Source: Candidatus Latescibacterota bacterium (GTDB taxonomy: Bacteria; Latescibacterota; UBA2968; UBA8231). From it: 64,000 bases of DNA. Positions 1 to 9,107 of this stretch are shown piece by piece. A program made the translations under genes and the position numbers. Below the pieces are notes generated by a model, which ran no database searches, was not told the DNA's origin, and was given only the letters and a program-made list of their open reading frames with translations. The stretch spans positions 576,001 through 640,000 of the forward strand of contig CBDAOB010000004.1 of NCBI GenBank assembly GCA_965197905.1, in the 5' to 3' direction. How positions within the stretch are numbered: position 1 is the first letter of the stretch; every line of letters begins with the position of its first letter.

Positions 1-2385
1 GCGCCCCCTGGAGCCCATGTTACCGACGATCATCGGTCCCGAGGTGAGCCCCATACGGACGTGGGCAAAAAGGCGTCCCTGTTTCTCCCATCGCTCGCGT
101 AGTTGGTGTAGTGCGACCGGGAGTGTCTCGCTCTCTTCCCAACGCTGCCTGAGCTCCACGAGCTTGCGCTGTTGGTCTATACACGATAGACAGGCGCGCA
201 CGGCGTGGTCCTCATAGACGACCGGGGCTCCGAAGAAAGCCACGATGGCATCCCCTTCGAACTTATCTATCGTGCCGCCGTAGTACTCGACGATGTCGCA
301 CATCTCGCTGAGGTACTCGTTGATGAAGGCCACGAGTTCCCCGGGAGTGAGGCATTCGGAGATGGTAGAGAAACTGGCAATATCGGAGAAGAAGGCCGTC
401 ATCACCCTCTCCTCTCCTCCAAGCTGACCAACCATACCAGGGTTGTTCATGATCTGATCGACCACGGCCGGCGACAGGTAGTGTCCGAAAGCCCCTTGCA
501 CGAACTCCTTTTCTTGTTCCTTGATGACATACCCGTAGATCGTTAGGGCAAGATATCCGACCACGAGCATCATCATGGGACCGATCATTTCGAGCCACAT
601 GCCGCCATGGGTGAACGCGGCGAAAGTCGCGATCGCGTAAATGAGGACGACCGCGAGAATCAAGAAGGCACCGATTAGCACCTTGAGGCGAGGCACGATG
701 ACAGACAGCAGGATTCCAAGGCCCACGATCAGCGCGGCATTGAGCCACGGGGAAACCCGGCGGATGAACTTCTCTTGCAGAATCGTGTTGAACACGTTCG
801 GGTAGATCCCGACCATCGGATAGGATCCTTCAAACGGAGTTACACTCAAGTCTGTTGTTCCCGGTGCCGTCAAACCGTAAAACAGAATCTTCTGGTCGAC
901 TTCCGACGGCGTGATCATTCTATCCTGGAAGACCTTGTAGGGGTAGAAGTACAGCGGGCGCTCGTCGGGGGAAATGAGGCCATCCGACAACAATGACCGA
1001 ACGAAATATTCGCTCTGGCGCAGGTCGTTTCGATCGTGGCCGGGCAGCAATGTCTCGAGCCGTTCTGGATTCAAACTTGGATCTTGGCGGAGAAAATCAA
1101 CCATCGAATTGTTTCGCTGTATCTGTTGAAACAACCGTAGCTGGTCGGCGTTGGGATCGGCAACCCCTTTTGAGCGCCAGAAATCCTCGGCGCCGAGCTC
1201 CTTGTCGCGCGTGACCGCACGTTCAATGCCGGATGCCTGAAACCATGTCACCAGGGCGGTCCTGTTGGCTGCGCGATCGCCGAAACCTTCCTTCGCCAAC
1301 TCCCCGGGGATGGCACGCGGATTCCGAGCTTTGCCGGGATCGGATGCTACGATCGCTTTGACGCGGTTGAGGAGCTGTTGCTGTTGGTGCCGTTGAGCTG
1401 CCCGCCGAAGGGCAATATGAGGATAGTGCACAAAACACTCAGCCCAACCGCCGGCCCAGTTGACGTTCATATTGCCGAATTCGTCGATGGGAATTTCGAT
1501 GTCCCGAACGGTCTCGGCGTTCACCTGCGCACCCGGCAGCAGGATATGGCTTCCGGGCCACACCTCCGCCGTTTCTATCGGAACCCGCATAAAATCGCAT
1601 GCCATCAACAACGCGATCGATGGGAAAACGACATCCTTGTACTGATAGACGAGTGGGTACCTGCGACGGGCACCGTCAACATCGTGAACCGTTTGGGCGT
1701 AGGCGAAACCACGGGTCACATCGCGCAATAGCTTCAGCGGCGGCTCAAAGTCGAATCCGCGCCATATAGTACTTTCCTCGGGATTCACCATCAGTTTTGG
1801 CGACCGTTTGCGGATGATAGCCAGGGCTTCTTCCTGGTCCGGAGTCAAGGTCTCCATCTTTGCAAGCACGGCTTCCTTGTGTAGATCGTCGTGCGGCACG
1901 ACGACCGTTTGGGCCAGGTACACGTTGTCCGCTTTCTCTATTGTGCGTTCGAACAGTGCATCGTAGTCAGCGCGGTCCAACAGGCTGCCAACCGATGCGC
2001 TGTCGATCCGCGAGAGCTCGGAAATCTGATCCGAAGAGATCAGCTTTGTGCTTGGCTCGATGAAATAGACATCAAACCCTACCAGCTTCGCGCCGTAGTC
2101 GCTGAGGATGCTCACCACTTCCGTATATTTGTCGCGCGTCCAGTCTTGATACCTGCCTTCCACCTCGACGCTTTTGAGGTCGATGTCGATGGTGCCCAGC
2201 CTGGGATCTGTGGGCAGCAGGCCGAAGATGTTGTTGCGGATATTGAAGCGCCAATCGTAGGTGACCAGCTCGGCCCGTTCGTACACTTTGCTCTGCGAAA
2301 ACAGCAGCACCAGCAGGGCCACGATTGGACCGAGAAGAAGCTGCAGTTTACTCTGGTCGCCGCCCTTCTTTTCTTCTTCCGCCAT
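1..2385 (-). CDS. Sensor (CHASE2-type) class III adenylate/guanylate cyclase; 3' end runs off the window
   Basis: Manual translation from ATG 2385 (GGAG upstream). The same frame at the window start reads MTAFFSDIASFSTISE, IDKFEGDAIVAFFGAP, HAVRACLSC and GPMIVGNMGS. N-terminal TM helix and TM helices before the cyclase domain. Missing from the ORF track because it has no stop in the window. Confidence 0.88.
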   Translation of the reverse strand, partial: MAEEEKKGGDQSKLQLLLGPIVALLVLLFSQSKVYERAELVTYDWRFNIRNNIFGLLPTDPRLGTIDIDLKSVEVEGRYQDWTRDKYTEVVSILSDYGAKLVGFDVYFIEPSTKLISSDQISELSRIDSASVGSLLDRADYDALFERTIEKADNVYLAQTVVVPHDDLHKEAVLAKMETLTPDQEEALAIIRKRSPKLMVNPEESTIWRGFDFEPPLKLLRDVTRGFAYAQTVHDVDGARRRYPLVYQYKDVVFPSIALLMACDFMRVPIETAEVWPGSHILLPGAQVNAETVRDIEIPIDEFGNMNVNWAGGWAECFVHYPHIALRRAAQRHQQQQLLNRVKAIVASDPGKARNPRAIPGELAKEGFGDRAANRTALVTWFQASGIERAVTRDKELGAEDFWRSKGVADPNADQLRLFQQIQRNNSMVDFLRQDPSLNPERLETLLPGHDRNDLRQSEYFVRSLLSDGLISPDERPLYFYPYKVFQDRMITPSEVDQKILFYGLTAPGTTDLSVTPFEGSYPMVGIYPNVFNTILQEKFIRRVSPWLNAALIVGLGILLSVIVPRLKVLIGAFLILAVVLIYAIATFAAFTHGGMWLEMIGPMMMLVVGYLALTIYGYVIKEQEKEFVQGAFGHYLSPAVVDQIMNNPGMVGQLGGEERVMTAFFSDIASFSTISECLTPGELVAFINEYLSEMCDIVEYYGGTIDKFEGDAIVAFFGAPVVYEDHAVRACLSCIDQQRKLVELRQRWEESETLPVALHQLRERWEKQGRLFAHVRMGLTSGPMIVGNMGSRGR

Positions 2386-2429
2386 CGTCGCTGGAATCTC
2401 CTAGGTGTTGCCAACAAGTGCCCAAATAT

Positions 2430-2471
2430 AAAAAAACCGGAAGGCAGGGGAATTTGATCCCGCCCTCCGGC
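2430..2471 (-). terminator. Intrinsic terminator-like hairpin just upstream of the cyclase gene
   Basis: Minus strand reads GCCGGAGGGCGGGA-TCAAAT-TCCCCTGCCTTCCGG followed by T7. Confidence 0.6.
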
Positions 2472-2490
2472 TATATTCGACGCTAAACCT

Positions 2491-2654
2491 AGTAGCCTGT
2501 CGCGGAAATAGCTTATGGAATTCGGGCGCCGAGGCGCCCGGCCCGCAAGGCGCCTGCACGCGCCGTACTGGTCGAGTACGGCGAGTGCAGGCAACGCCAG
2601 GGGTCGGGATGGATCGGCGCCCGAAAACGCAATGTATTTATGCGACAGGACACT
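2491..2654. repeat. ~165-bp nested palindromic element (MITE/REP-like)
   Basis: Terminal IR 2491-2510 vs 2635-2654 (16/20), perfect 12-bp IR 2521-2532 vs 2614-2625, and a central hairpin at 2552-2592. Confidence 0.6.
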
Positions 2655-2661
2655 GTATCGC

Positions 2662-3180
2662 TCAGGGACCCAGTTGGGTCAATTTCTCCTGGGCTTTCGC
2701 CCCCCACGATGTCGACGAATGCTGGGTCGCCAGCCGGGTGTAGTAGCCCCGAGCTTCTCCGATTTGGCCCAATTTCTCGTAACATTGTCCGACGAAGTAG
2801 GTCTGTTTCGGAACGGTGTCCGCCTTCGGATTACGCGCGATGCTCTCCTTCAAGGTGTCGATCGCTTTTTTCAGCTTGTCCTGACTGGGATAGCGTTTGC
2901 CACCTTTGTAATAAAGCTTGTCGAGGATGTTGTCCGTGGCCTCAGCACCGCGCACACCTGCCACGGTGACCGTCTCTTGCAGCTTGAACTCTTCCTCTTT
3001 AACCATGTCATCGACTTGGGTCCAAACCGTGTTGAGCCATTCGTCATCGACATCCTCGCCGCTCGCCGGCGGTGCCGTCTCGGAAGACGCTTCGTCGGTT
3101 TCAGCTGCCCACGCCGATTGGAAACCACCGGCGATCAACGCCAGAAGCGCCAGTAAGAAAAACCAATTGAGCCGTTTCAT
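2662..3180 (-). CDS. Secreted tetratricopeptide repeat protein
   Basis: Signal peptide ending AWA, C-terminal TPR (YFVGQCYEKLGQIGEARGYY), AGGAGG RBS. Confidence 0.8.
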   Translation of the reverse strand: MKRLNWFFLLALLALIAGGFQSAWAAETDEASSETAPPASGEDVDDEWLNTVWTQVDDMVKEEEFKLQETVTVAGVRGAEATDNILDKLYYKGGKRYPSQDKLKKAIDTLKESIARNPKADTVPKQTYFVGQCYEKLGQIGEARGYYTRLATQHSSTSWGAKAQEKLTQLGP

Positions 3181-3360
3181 TTTTCTTTCCTCCTACTTGG
3201 AAAGGTCAGGTCCAATGTTCGCCTTTACCATCAATATCGTTCTTTTTGGCCCGAGAAAACATGATCTGGATCACGAAGGTCGAACTAAATTTTATACCCT
3301 GGCCAAACCGGTCCGGAACACAGTCGTTGAGATGGGCAACAAAACAGTCCTAAATTACTG

Positions 3361-6300
3361 TTATTCAACAAATTGCAGGTATCCTTCGTAGCGATCGTCC
3401 ATCTCTACCGCCTGCTGATATATCACCGCTGCTTCGTTGCGTCGGCCCTGCAGAAAACGCACGATAGCCATATTCAGACGCACACCGGCATGCTCCGGCA
3501 TCAGCTCCTCGGCTTGCTCCAACATCTTATACGCCGCGTCGAAGTCGCCGCGCTTGGCCAGGGCTACACCCTTGGAGTTGTAGGCGTGCCCCATCTCGGG
3601 AGAGCTACGGATTATTCGGTCGAAACGTTCGATGGCGCGGTCTATCTCGCCCTGATTCAGGTAGGAGGTAGCGACGCGGAAATTCTCCTCAACGGATTCT
3701 ACGCTGGCCAGGAAATCGAGCAGCCCTTCGTAGGAATCGTCTTGGTCGATCACCTGCTGGTACAACACATCTGCCTTCTGGTGCTCGCCCTTGAGATAGT
3801 GGACGAGAGCCACGTTCAAACGGAATCCCAGCTGCTCCGGCACCAGAGCGGCTGCCGCTTCGAACATCGACAGGGCTTCGTCGAACTGCCCCTTCCTGGT
3901 AAGCACCACTCCCTTGGCGTTGATCGCGTCGGCGTATTTGGGATCGGCCTGCAGCGCCGCGTCGAACTGCTGCAGCGCCTGGTCCAGCCGCAGTTGCCTA
4001 AGGTAACTGGCCCCGATCTCGTAGGACTCCTGGGCTTCACCCACTGAAGCCAGGAAATCGAACAGCTCCATGTAGGAATCGTCCGTCGCAACTACTTCTT
4101 CGAACAGCCGGTCCGCCTTTTCGCGCTCGCCTTTCAGGTAGTAGGTCAGCGCGATGTTCATGCGCACCCCGTTGTTCTCGGCGATCTGCAGCGATTCGCG
4201 ATAGAAGGTCAACGCGCCGTCGAAATCTTCCTGTCGCGTCAAGACTACACCTGTGGCATTGAGAGCGTCGGCGTGGTCGGGATCCATGCTGAGAACGCGA
4301 GCAAACATCGCGGACGCCTTCTCGAGATGATTCACCCTCAGGTAGGCGGCCCCGGCATCGTAAGCTCCCTCCGGTGTTTCGAGGGAAACGGCGCTGGAAA
4401 GGGCGATCTGATCGACCCGGTCGTCGAAGAACTGCAGATCCTTTTCCAATAGGCTGTCCAATGCGGCAACATCCGGAAGACTAATCTGCGTTGGAGAGAG
4501 GGCAGCCGGTTTGTAAACTTGCAGCCAGTTCTGCACGTAGACTTCGTCGACCAATTGTCGGGGTTTAAGACGTTTGTATTCCGCAACACCGTTGCGCCAG
4601 GCATCGGCGAAGGTGAAGCCGAACATGGTCGTCTCCACCGGAATCCAGACCCGGCCTTCCCACGCCACGTATTCGGATGAACTCACGAAGTGGTCCGGTG
4701 CCCGATCGGGCGGTATGCCGGTATCGAACATCAGATAGATGTGCCCCTTCCCCGGATCATTTGCTTCCAGGAACGCCGTGTCGATGCTGAGATTCTCCAG
4801 CATGGAGGCGTAGAGCACAGTCAGGTCATCGCAGTCGCCAATCTTGGTGTCGACCCCTTCCGGCATTTCCAGCAACTCGCTGGGATATTGCACGGTGTCG
4901 AAGATGGTTTTGTCGTCCGAAATGCTGGTGAATGGGGTTTTCTGATCGGCTTGGTAGCGGATCTTGTAGACGCCCATCGCATCGAACAGGACAGCCGCTT
5001 TGCCCATGTTGGAGCGATTGAACTTCGTTGTGAGCACGTCGTTGTAACGCTGCACCAATCCACGTGCCATCCCGGCCACTGCAAGGTCAGCGGGGGTCAC
5101 GAAAGCAGCCGCCATGCCGGGTATGTTCCAGCTCAATTTGCCGCGTCCGGCCACGTAAACCCGCTCCAACTGTTTCTCCACAGCCTGTTCGCGCCGGTTT
5201 CGAGAATAGGTCACCCGGACGATGGGGGTCACGAAATTGTCGAAGTAGGCTTCCGGTCGGTTGAACAGATCGGGATCGAACGTCACGTTGAAGGCGTACT
5301 TTTCGGTGCTCTGGGGAGGCAGCAGTACCTCCTCCTGATGCGGTACGCTCATGACCTTGGGCAGCATCAGACTCACGGTGACCGCGATCGGCTCTGGAGC
5401 CGAGTTGCCCAACACCACGTCGGCGAACTCGATCTCCTCGTAGTGCCGATACAAGGATCGAAAGATCGGCGACGGCCTGATCGTCGCATCCTTGATGGTC
5501 ACGACCTTGGGGTTGTAGGAAAGGATCAGTGAGCTGTAATGAGTTGCACCCAACTCCGGATGTGTCTCGTAGGCGTACTCCACCTGCGCGAAACGATGTT
5601 TCACGCCAATCCCGAACGCAGCGGTTGTACCGTCGGCGAAACTCTCCGGTGTGTCGCGCTCGCTTTTCAAGCCGGCCCGTAAGGCCAGGAGGCCGCGAAA
5701 CCAGTATTCGGCACCCACCCGATAGTGATCGTCGATCTCCGCCGCCAGGGTCAACCCTTCGATCGGTTTGTACGCGGCTCCAAGCCGGTAGTGCGCTGGA
5801 AATATCTCTTCACTGGTGCCGCCGTTGTGTTCGAGGGAAGTGCCACCGAGATCCTGGGCCGCAAATCCCAGGCGCACGCCGTACGGAAGCGGAGCCAGAA
5901 AACTCAGGTCCCAGCCCCAACCGGACGCGTTCAGGACTTCCTGCTCGTCCAGATCGATCCCCTGCGAAATGTATTTTCCCCGGACGCCGACGGCCAGATT
6001 GCCGATGTACGGTTTCAACCGTTGGATGCTGTTCCGATAGCCGTAGGCGAAGCCGATCTTGTTCTGGCTCGACTTCAAACCCAGGCCGGATTCCACGTCG
6101 TCGAAGCCCTCCCTGAACCAGTCGATCCCCAGGGCGTGGTTGTCCTTGACCGGTAGCAGATATCCCAGGTAGGAATCCGATAGCAGGCTGAAGCGATCCG
6201 CGTAACCGAAAGCCGCCTCCTGACGCTGCAGCGACGCCAAACCCGCGGGATTCCAGGTCACGGCAGTGGCATCGTTGGCAACGGCGACGAAGGCTCCTCC

Positions 6301-6414
6301 CATGGAGATCGCACGCACCCCAACTTCCACCTGTTTTGCCGTTTCGGCATGGGCAACAGTACCCGTAACCGCCAGCAATCCCAGAATCAGCAATCTCGGA
6401 GGAACCCGTATCAT
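3361..6414 (-). CDS. PorV/PorQ-like barrel + transglutaminase-like domain + TPR array fusion protein
   Basis: Signal peptide; GVRAISMGGAFVAVANDATAVTWNPAGLA (PorV/FadL-like N-terminus); GDCDD..GHIYL..WIPVETT motif set; multiple C-terminal TPRs. Confidence 0.8.
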   Translation of the reverse strand: MIRVPPRLLILGLLAVTGTVAHAETAKQVEVGVRAISMGGAFVAVANDATAVTWNPAGLASLQRQEAAFGYADRFSLLSDSYLGYLLPVKDNHALGIDWFREGFDDVESGLGLKSSQNKIGFAYGYRNSIQRLKPYIGNLAVGVRGKYISQGIDLDEQEVLNASGWGWDLSFLAPLPYGVRLGFAAQDLGGTSLEHNGGTSEEIFPAHYRLGAAYKPIEGLTLAAEIDDHYRVGAEYWFRGLLALRAGLKSERDTPESFADGTTAAFGIGVKHRFAQVEYAYETHPELGATHYSSLILSYNPKVVTIKDATIRPSPIFRSLYRHYEEIEFADVVLGNSAPEPIAVTVSLMLPKVMSVPHQEEVLLPPQSTEKYAFNVTFDPDLFNRPEAYFDNFVTPIVRVTYSRNRREQAVEKQLERVYVAGRGKLSWNIPGMAAAFVTPADLAVAGMARGLVQRYNDVLTTKFNRSNMGKAAVLFDAMGVYKIRYQADQKTPFTSISDDKTIFDTVQYPSELLEMPEGVDTKIGDCDDLTVLYASMLENLSIDTAFLEANDPGKGHIYLMFDTGIPPDRAPDHFVSSSEYVAWEGRVWIPVETTMFGFTFADAWRNGVAEYKRLKPRQLVDEVYVQNWLQVYKPAALSPTQISLPDVAALDSLLEKDLQFFDDRVDQIALSSAVSLETPEGAYDAGAAYLRVNHLEKASAMFARVLSMDPDHADALNATGVVLTRQEDFDGALTFYRESLQIAENNGVRMNIALTYYLKGEREKADRLFEEVVATDDSYMELFDFLASVGEAQESYEIGASYLRQLRLDQALQQFDAALQADPKYADAINAKGVVLTRKGQFDEALSMFEAAAALVPEQLGFRLNVALVHYLKGEHQKADVLYQQVIDQDDSYEGLLDFLASVESVEENFRVATSYLNQGEIDRAIERFDRIIRSSPEMGHAYNSKGVALAKRGDFDAAYKMLEQAEELMPEHAGVRLNMAIVRFLQGRRNEAAVIYQQAVEMDDRYEGYLQFVE

Positions 6415-6417
6415 TAT

Positions 6418-7878
6418 CTATTGTTCCAGCACGGTTAGGGAATCGCCGGCGCTCAAATTCGTTTGTGTGACCGGAAGCTGGCTTCCGGGAAATAACACCG
6501 CGACGGTGTACGGACCGGCCGGCGCACCGAAGATGAGCTCAGTGTTGCTTTGACCGGCGCTGACCTGTCGGTAGGCTCGCAGCTCGCCCGTCGCCGAATC
6601 CAGCAGGCGGACCCGGGCACCGATCCCGTCCACATTACTACCCCCCGCTGCGGGTCCCAGCCCGCGCACGCGGATGCGGAGGAACTGATCCGCGGCGGTA
6701 TCGTTCTGGAACAGTCGGTTTCCCGGATCGAATGTGCCGCCGAAACCGCTGCTGGCGTATACGTCGGGAGAGCCGTTGCTGTCGTAATCCGCCCACCCGG
6801 CGGCCATGTGAAACGATATACCCGTGGGCAAGCCGGCCTCGGCTGTAGCATTGCGGAAGGTGCCATCGCCATTGCTGGCGAAGAGCACATCGGGCTGCGG
6901 CTGTTTGTCTCCTCCATTGGCCAGAAAGAGATCCTGGTTGCCATCCCCATCGTAATCCGCCCACGCCACTGAGGCGGTTATCCACCCCGATCCGCTGTCG
7001 CGAACGTTTGCATCACCGGCAACATCGACGAATTGATCGTTGCCGTCGTTCCGAAACAGCGCGTTGCCGCCTACGTTGCCCAGGTAGAGATCCATATCCC
7101 CATCATTGTCGTAGTCTGCCCATGCCCCGCTCTGACCTATCTCCCGACTGCCGATGCTCGCGGCGCAAGCCACGGCAGCAAAACTTCCGTCGGTGGTCAG
7201 ATCGTTGCGAAACAACCCGTTTTCCTGTTCACGATTGGTTACGTAGACGTCGAGATCCCCGTCATCGTCATAGTCGACCCAATCGACATGTTGGGAATCC
7301 CTCTTGTCGGCAATCCCAATTCCAGTGACCGATGCAAATGTGCCATCTCCGACATTGCGATAGAGCTCGTTGTCGAAGTAATATTTGCCGAGGTAGATAT
7401 CCAGGTTGCCGTCCAGGTCGTAATCGCCCCAGTCGACGGAATTGACGGATCCGCGAGTTTCCCTATTTATCGATCCTCTGGCGCGACCTATCTCTTGAAA
7501 CCCGCTCTCACCGTTCTCGTAGAGAAAATCCTGGTCGAAGAAATCGGCCACGTAGAGATCTAGATCGCCGTCGTTGTCGAAGTCTGCCCATGCAGCGGCG
7601 GTACTGTTGTTCTTGTTGTCAACACCCAATTCGACAGCGACGTCGGTAAACGTGCCATCGCCGTCATTCCGATACAGGGCGTTTGCGGGAACCGAAACAG
7701 CGGTGGCCCAGTTGGTGACGTAGAGATCGGGGTCTCCATCGCCATCGTAGTCTCCCCACGCCAGCCCGGTGCTGTAAAGGCCCTGGTTTCCGGTACCCGC
7801 AATCTCCGTCGCTTCTTGGAAGGTTTGGGCAACCGCCGTGCCAGCTAGAAACAGTGTTGTGAAAACGATTCTTTTCAT
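6418..7878 (-). CDS. CRTAC1-like FG-GAP/VCBS repeat protein with ASPIC/UnbV-like C-terminus
   Basis: Signal peptide, repeated WGDYDxDGDxDLYV motifs, C-terminal SNVDGIGARVRL. Confidence 0.85.
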   Translation of the reverse strand: MKRIVFTTLFLAGTAVAQTFQEATEIAGTGNQGLYSTGLAWGDYDGDGDPDLYVTNWATAVSVPANALYRNDGDGTFTDVAVELGVDNKNNSTAAAWADFDNDGDLDLYVADFFDQDFLYENGESGFQEIGRARGSINRETRGSVNSVDWGDYDLDGNLDIYLGKYYFDNELYRNVGDGTFASVTGIGIADKRDSQHVDWVDYDDDGDLDVYVTNREQENGLFRNDLTTDGSFAAVACAASIGSREIGQSGAWADYDNDGDMDLYLGNVGGNALFRNDGNDQFVDVAGDANVRDSGSGWITASVAWADYDGDGNQDLFLANGGDKQPQPDVLFASNGDGTFRNATAEAGLPTGISFHMAAGWADYDSNGSPDVYASSGFGGTFDPGNRLFQNDTAADQFLRIRVRGLGPAAGGSNVDGIGARVRLLDSATGELRAYRQVSAGQSNTELIFGAPAGPYTVAVLFPGSQLPVTQTNLSAGDSLTVLEQ

Positions 7879-9107
7879 GGTCTACTTAATCACAGCGACG
7901 ACCTTCTCCTGCTTCGTATCGCCGGCATTGACGACGACGATGTAGAGCCCGCTGGAAACAGTGTTGCGGTCTTCGTCCCTTCCGTCCCACTCGAATGACG
8001 CTCTGCCTGGCGCCAGCGCACGGTCGCGGACGATCACCCGCTCCAAGCGACCTGAGGCGTTGTAGACGCGAACGGTCACATTCGCCGGACCGGTGAGATC
8101 GAACGAAATGTCGGTCTCCCTCTTGAACCTCGTGCCGCCTGGCGCGAAGGCTCGAGGCTGACAGTCCAATTGCCGAATAGCGAGCTTGCCTACCTGGGTA
8201 CGCAGATCCTGGAAGATCGCGAAAGTACCCAACGCGTCGATCGCCGTGGTCACTTCCCGGCTGCTGGCATCTGCGACTCCACCTACCCGACCCCATGCGC
8301 CGCCGGACAACGCGAACACGGCGAGCTTCGAGGGATCCCCTACTGCTGCTGATTCATCGCCGGAATAAGCAACGGTCAGTGTCACCGGTTTGCGCAGGGT
8401 CGCACCCGGCGCCGAGATTGCGAAGGCTCGGCTGATTCGGGTCAGCTCGGAGTCCTGCACATTGCGTTTCGCCGGAGGATCGGCCGCAGGACGAATCAGG
8501 ACCTCGCTGGTCCCTCCTTCCAGCGCGTTGGGAGGGAAGTATAGCTCGACGCTGCCTTCCGGATTCGTGATGGTGCCACCCAGCGCAGCATTGGCAAGTC
8601 GTGCCGCCGTGCGGAAACGAAAGTTGAACCCGCTCTCCGCCAGCTGCCCAAGCACCTCTCTTGACATCTCGATTTGGTACTCCGTGAACGCCTGCAGTCC
8701 CCCTTCTGGCGAAAAGGAGATCGTGGTCCCGCTGTCATCGGCTCCGAATCCTGTAATCGGCACGACCTCTTCAGCTGCCTCGAGATCTCCGAGGGCGCGG
8801 GCAAGCAGCAGAAAGTCGGTCTGCAGTTGCCGCGCCACACTCCCCGAGAAAACCACCTGGATAGTCGGCGTCGCGGATGAGACTCCTTCCTCATCCGCTT
8901 CGGGTCGAGTCGCCACCACTTCGGGAATCTGCGTGCGGAAGTCCCACTGACGATCTGGCCTAGCGGCCCCCAAGGGACCGTACAACCTGGAGGTGACGAG
9001 CGCCTGGTAGGCGTTGCCGGACAGGAAATCGATTTCCGGGAACAACACCGTAAACGTGGTTGCGTCGTAGCCGAAAGCGAGCTTGGGTCAAATGGTGTGT
9101 AAACGAC

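Noticed and set aside
205..2594. Multiple small ORFs at the window start
   Set aside because: Shadows or alternative frames of the minus-strand cyclase gene.
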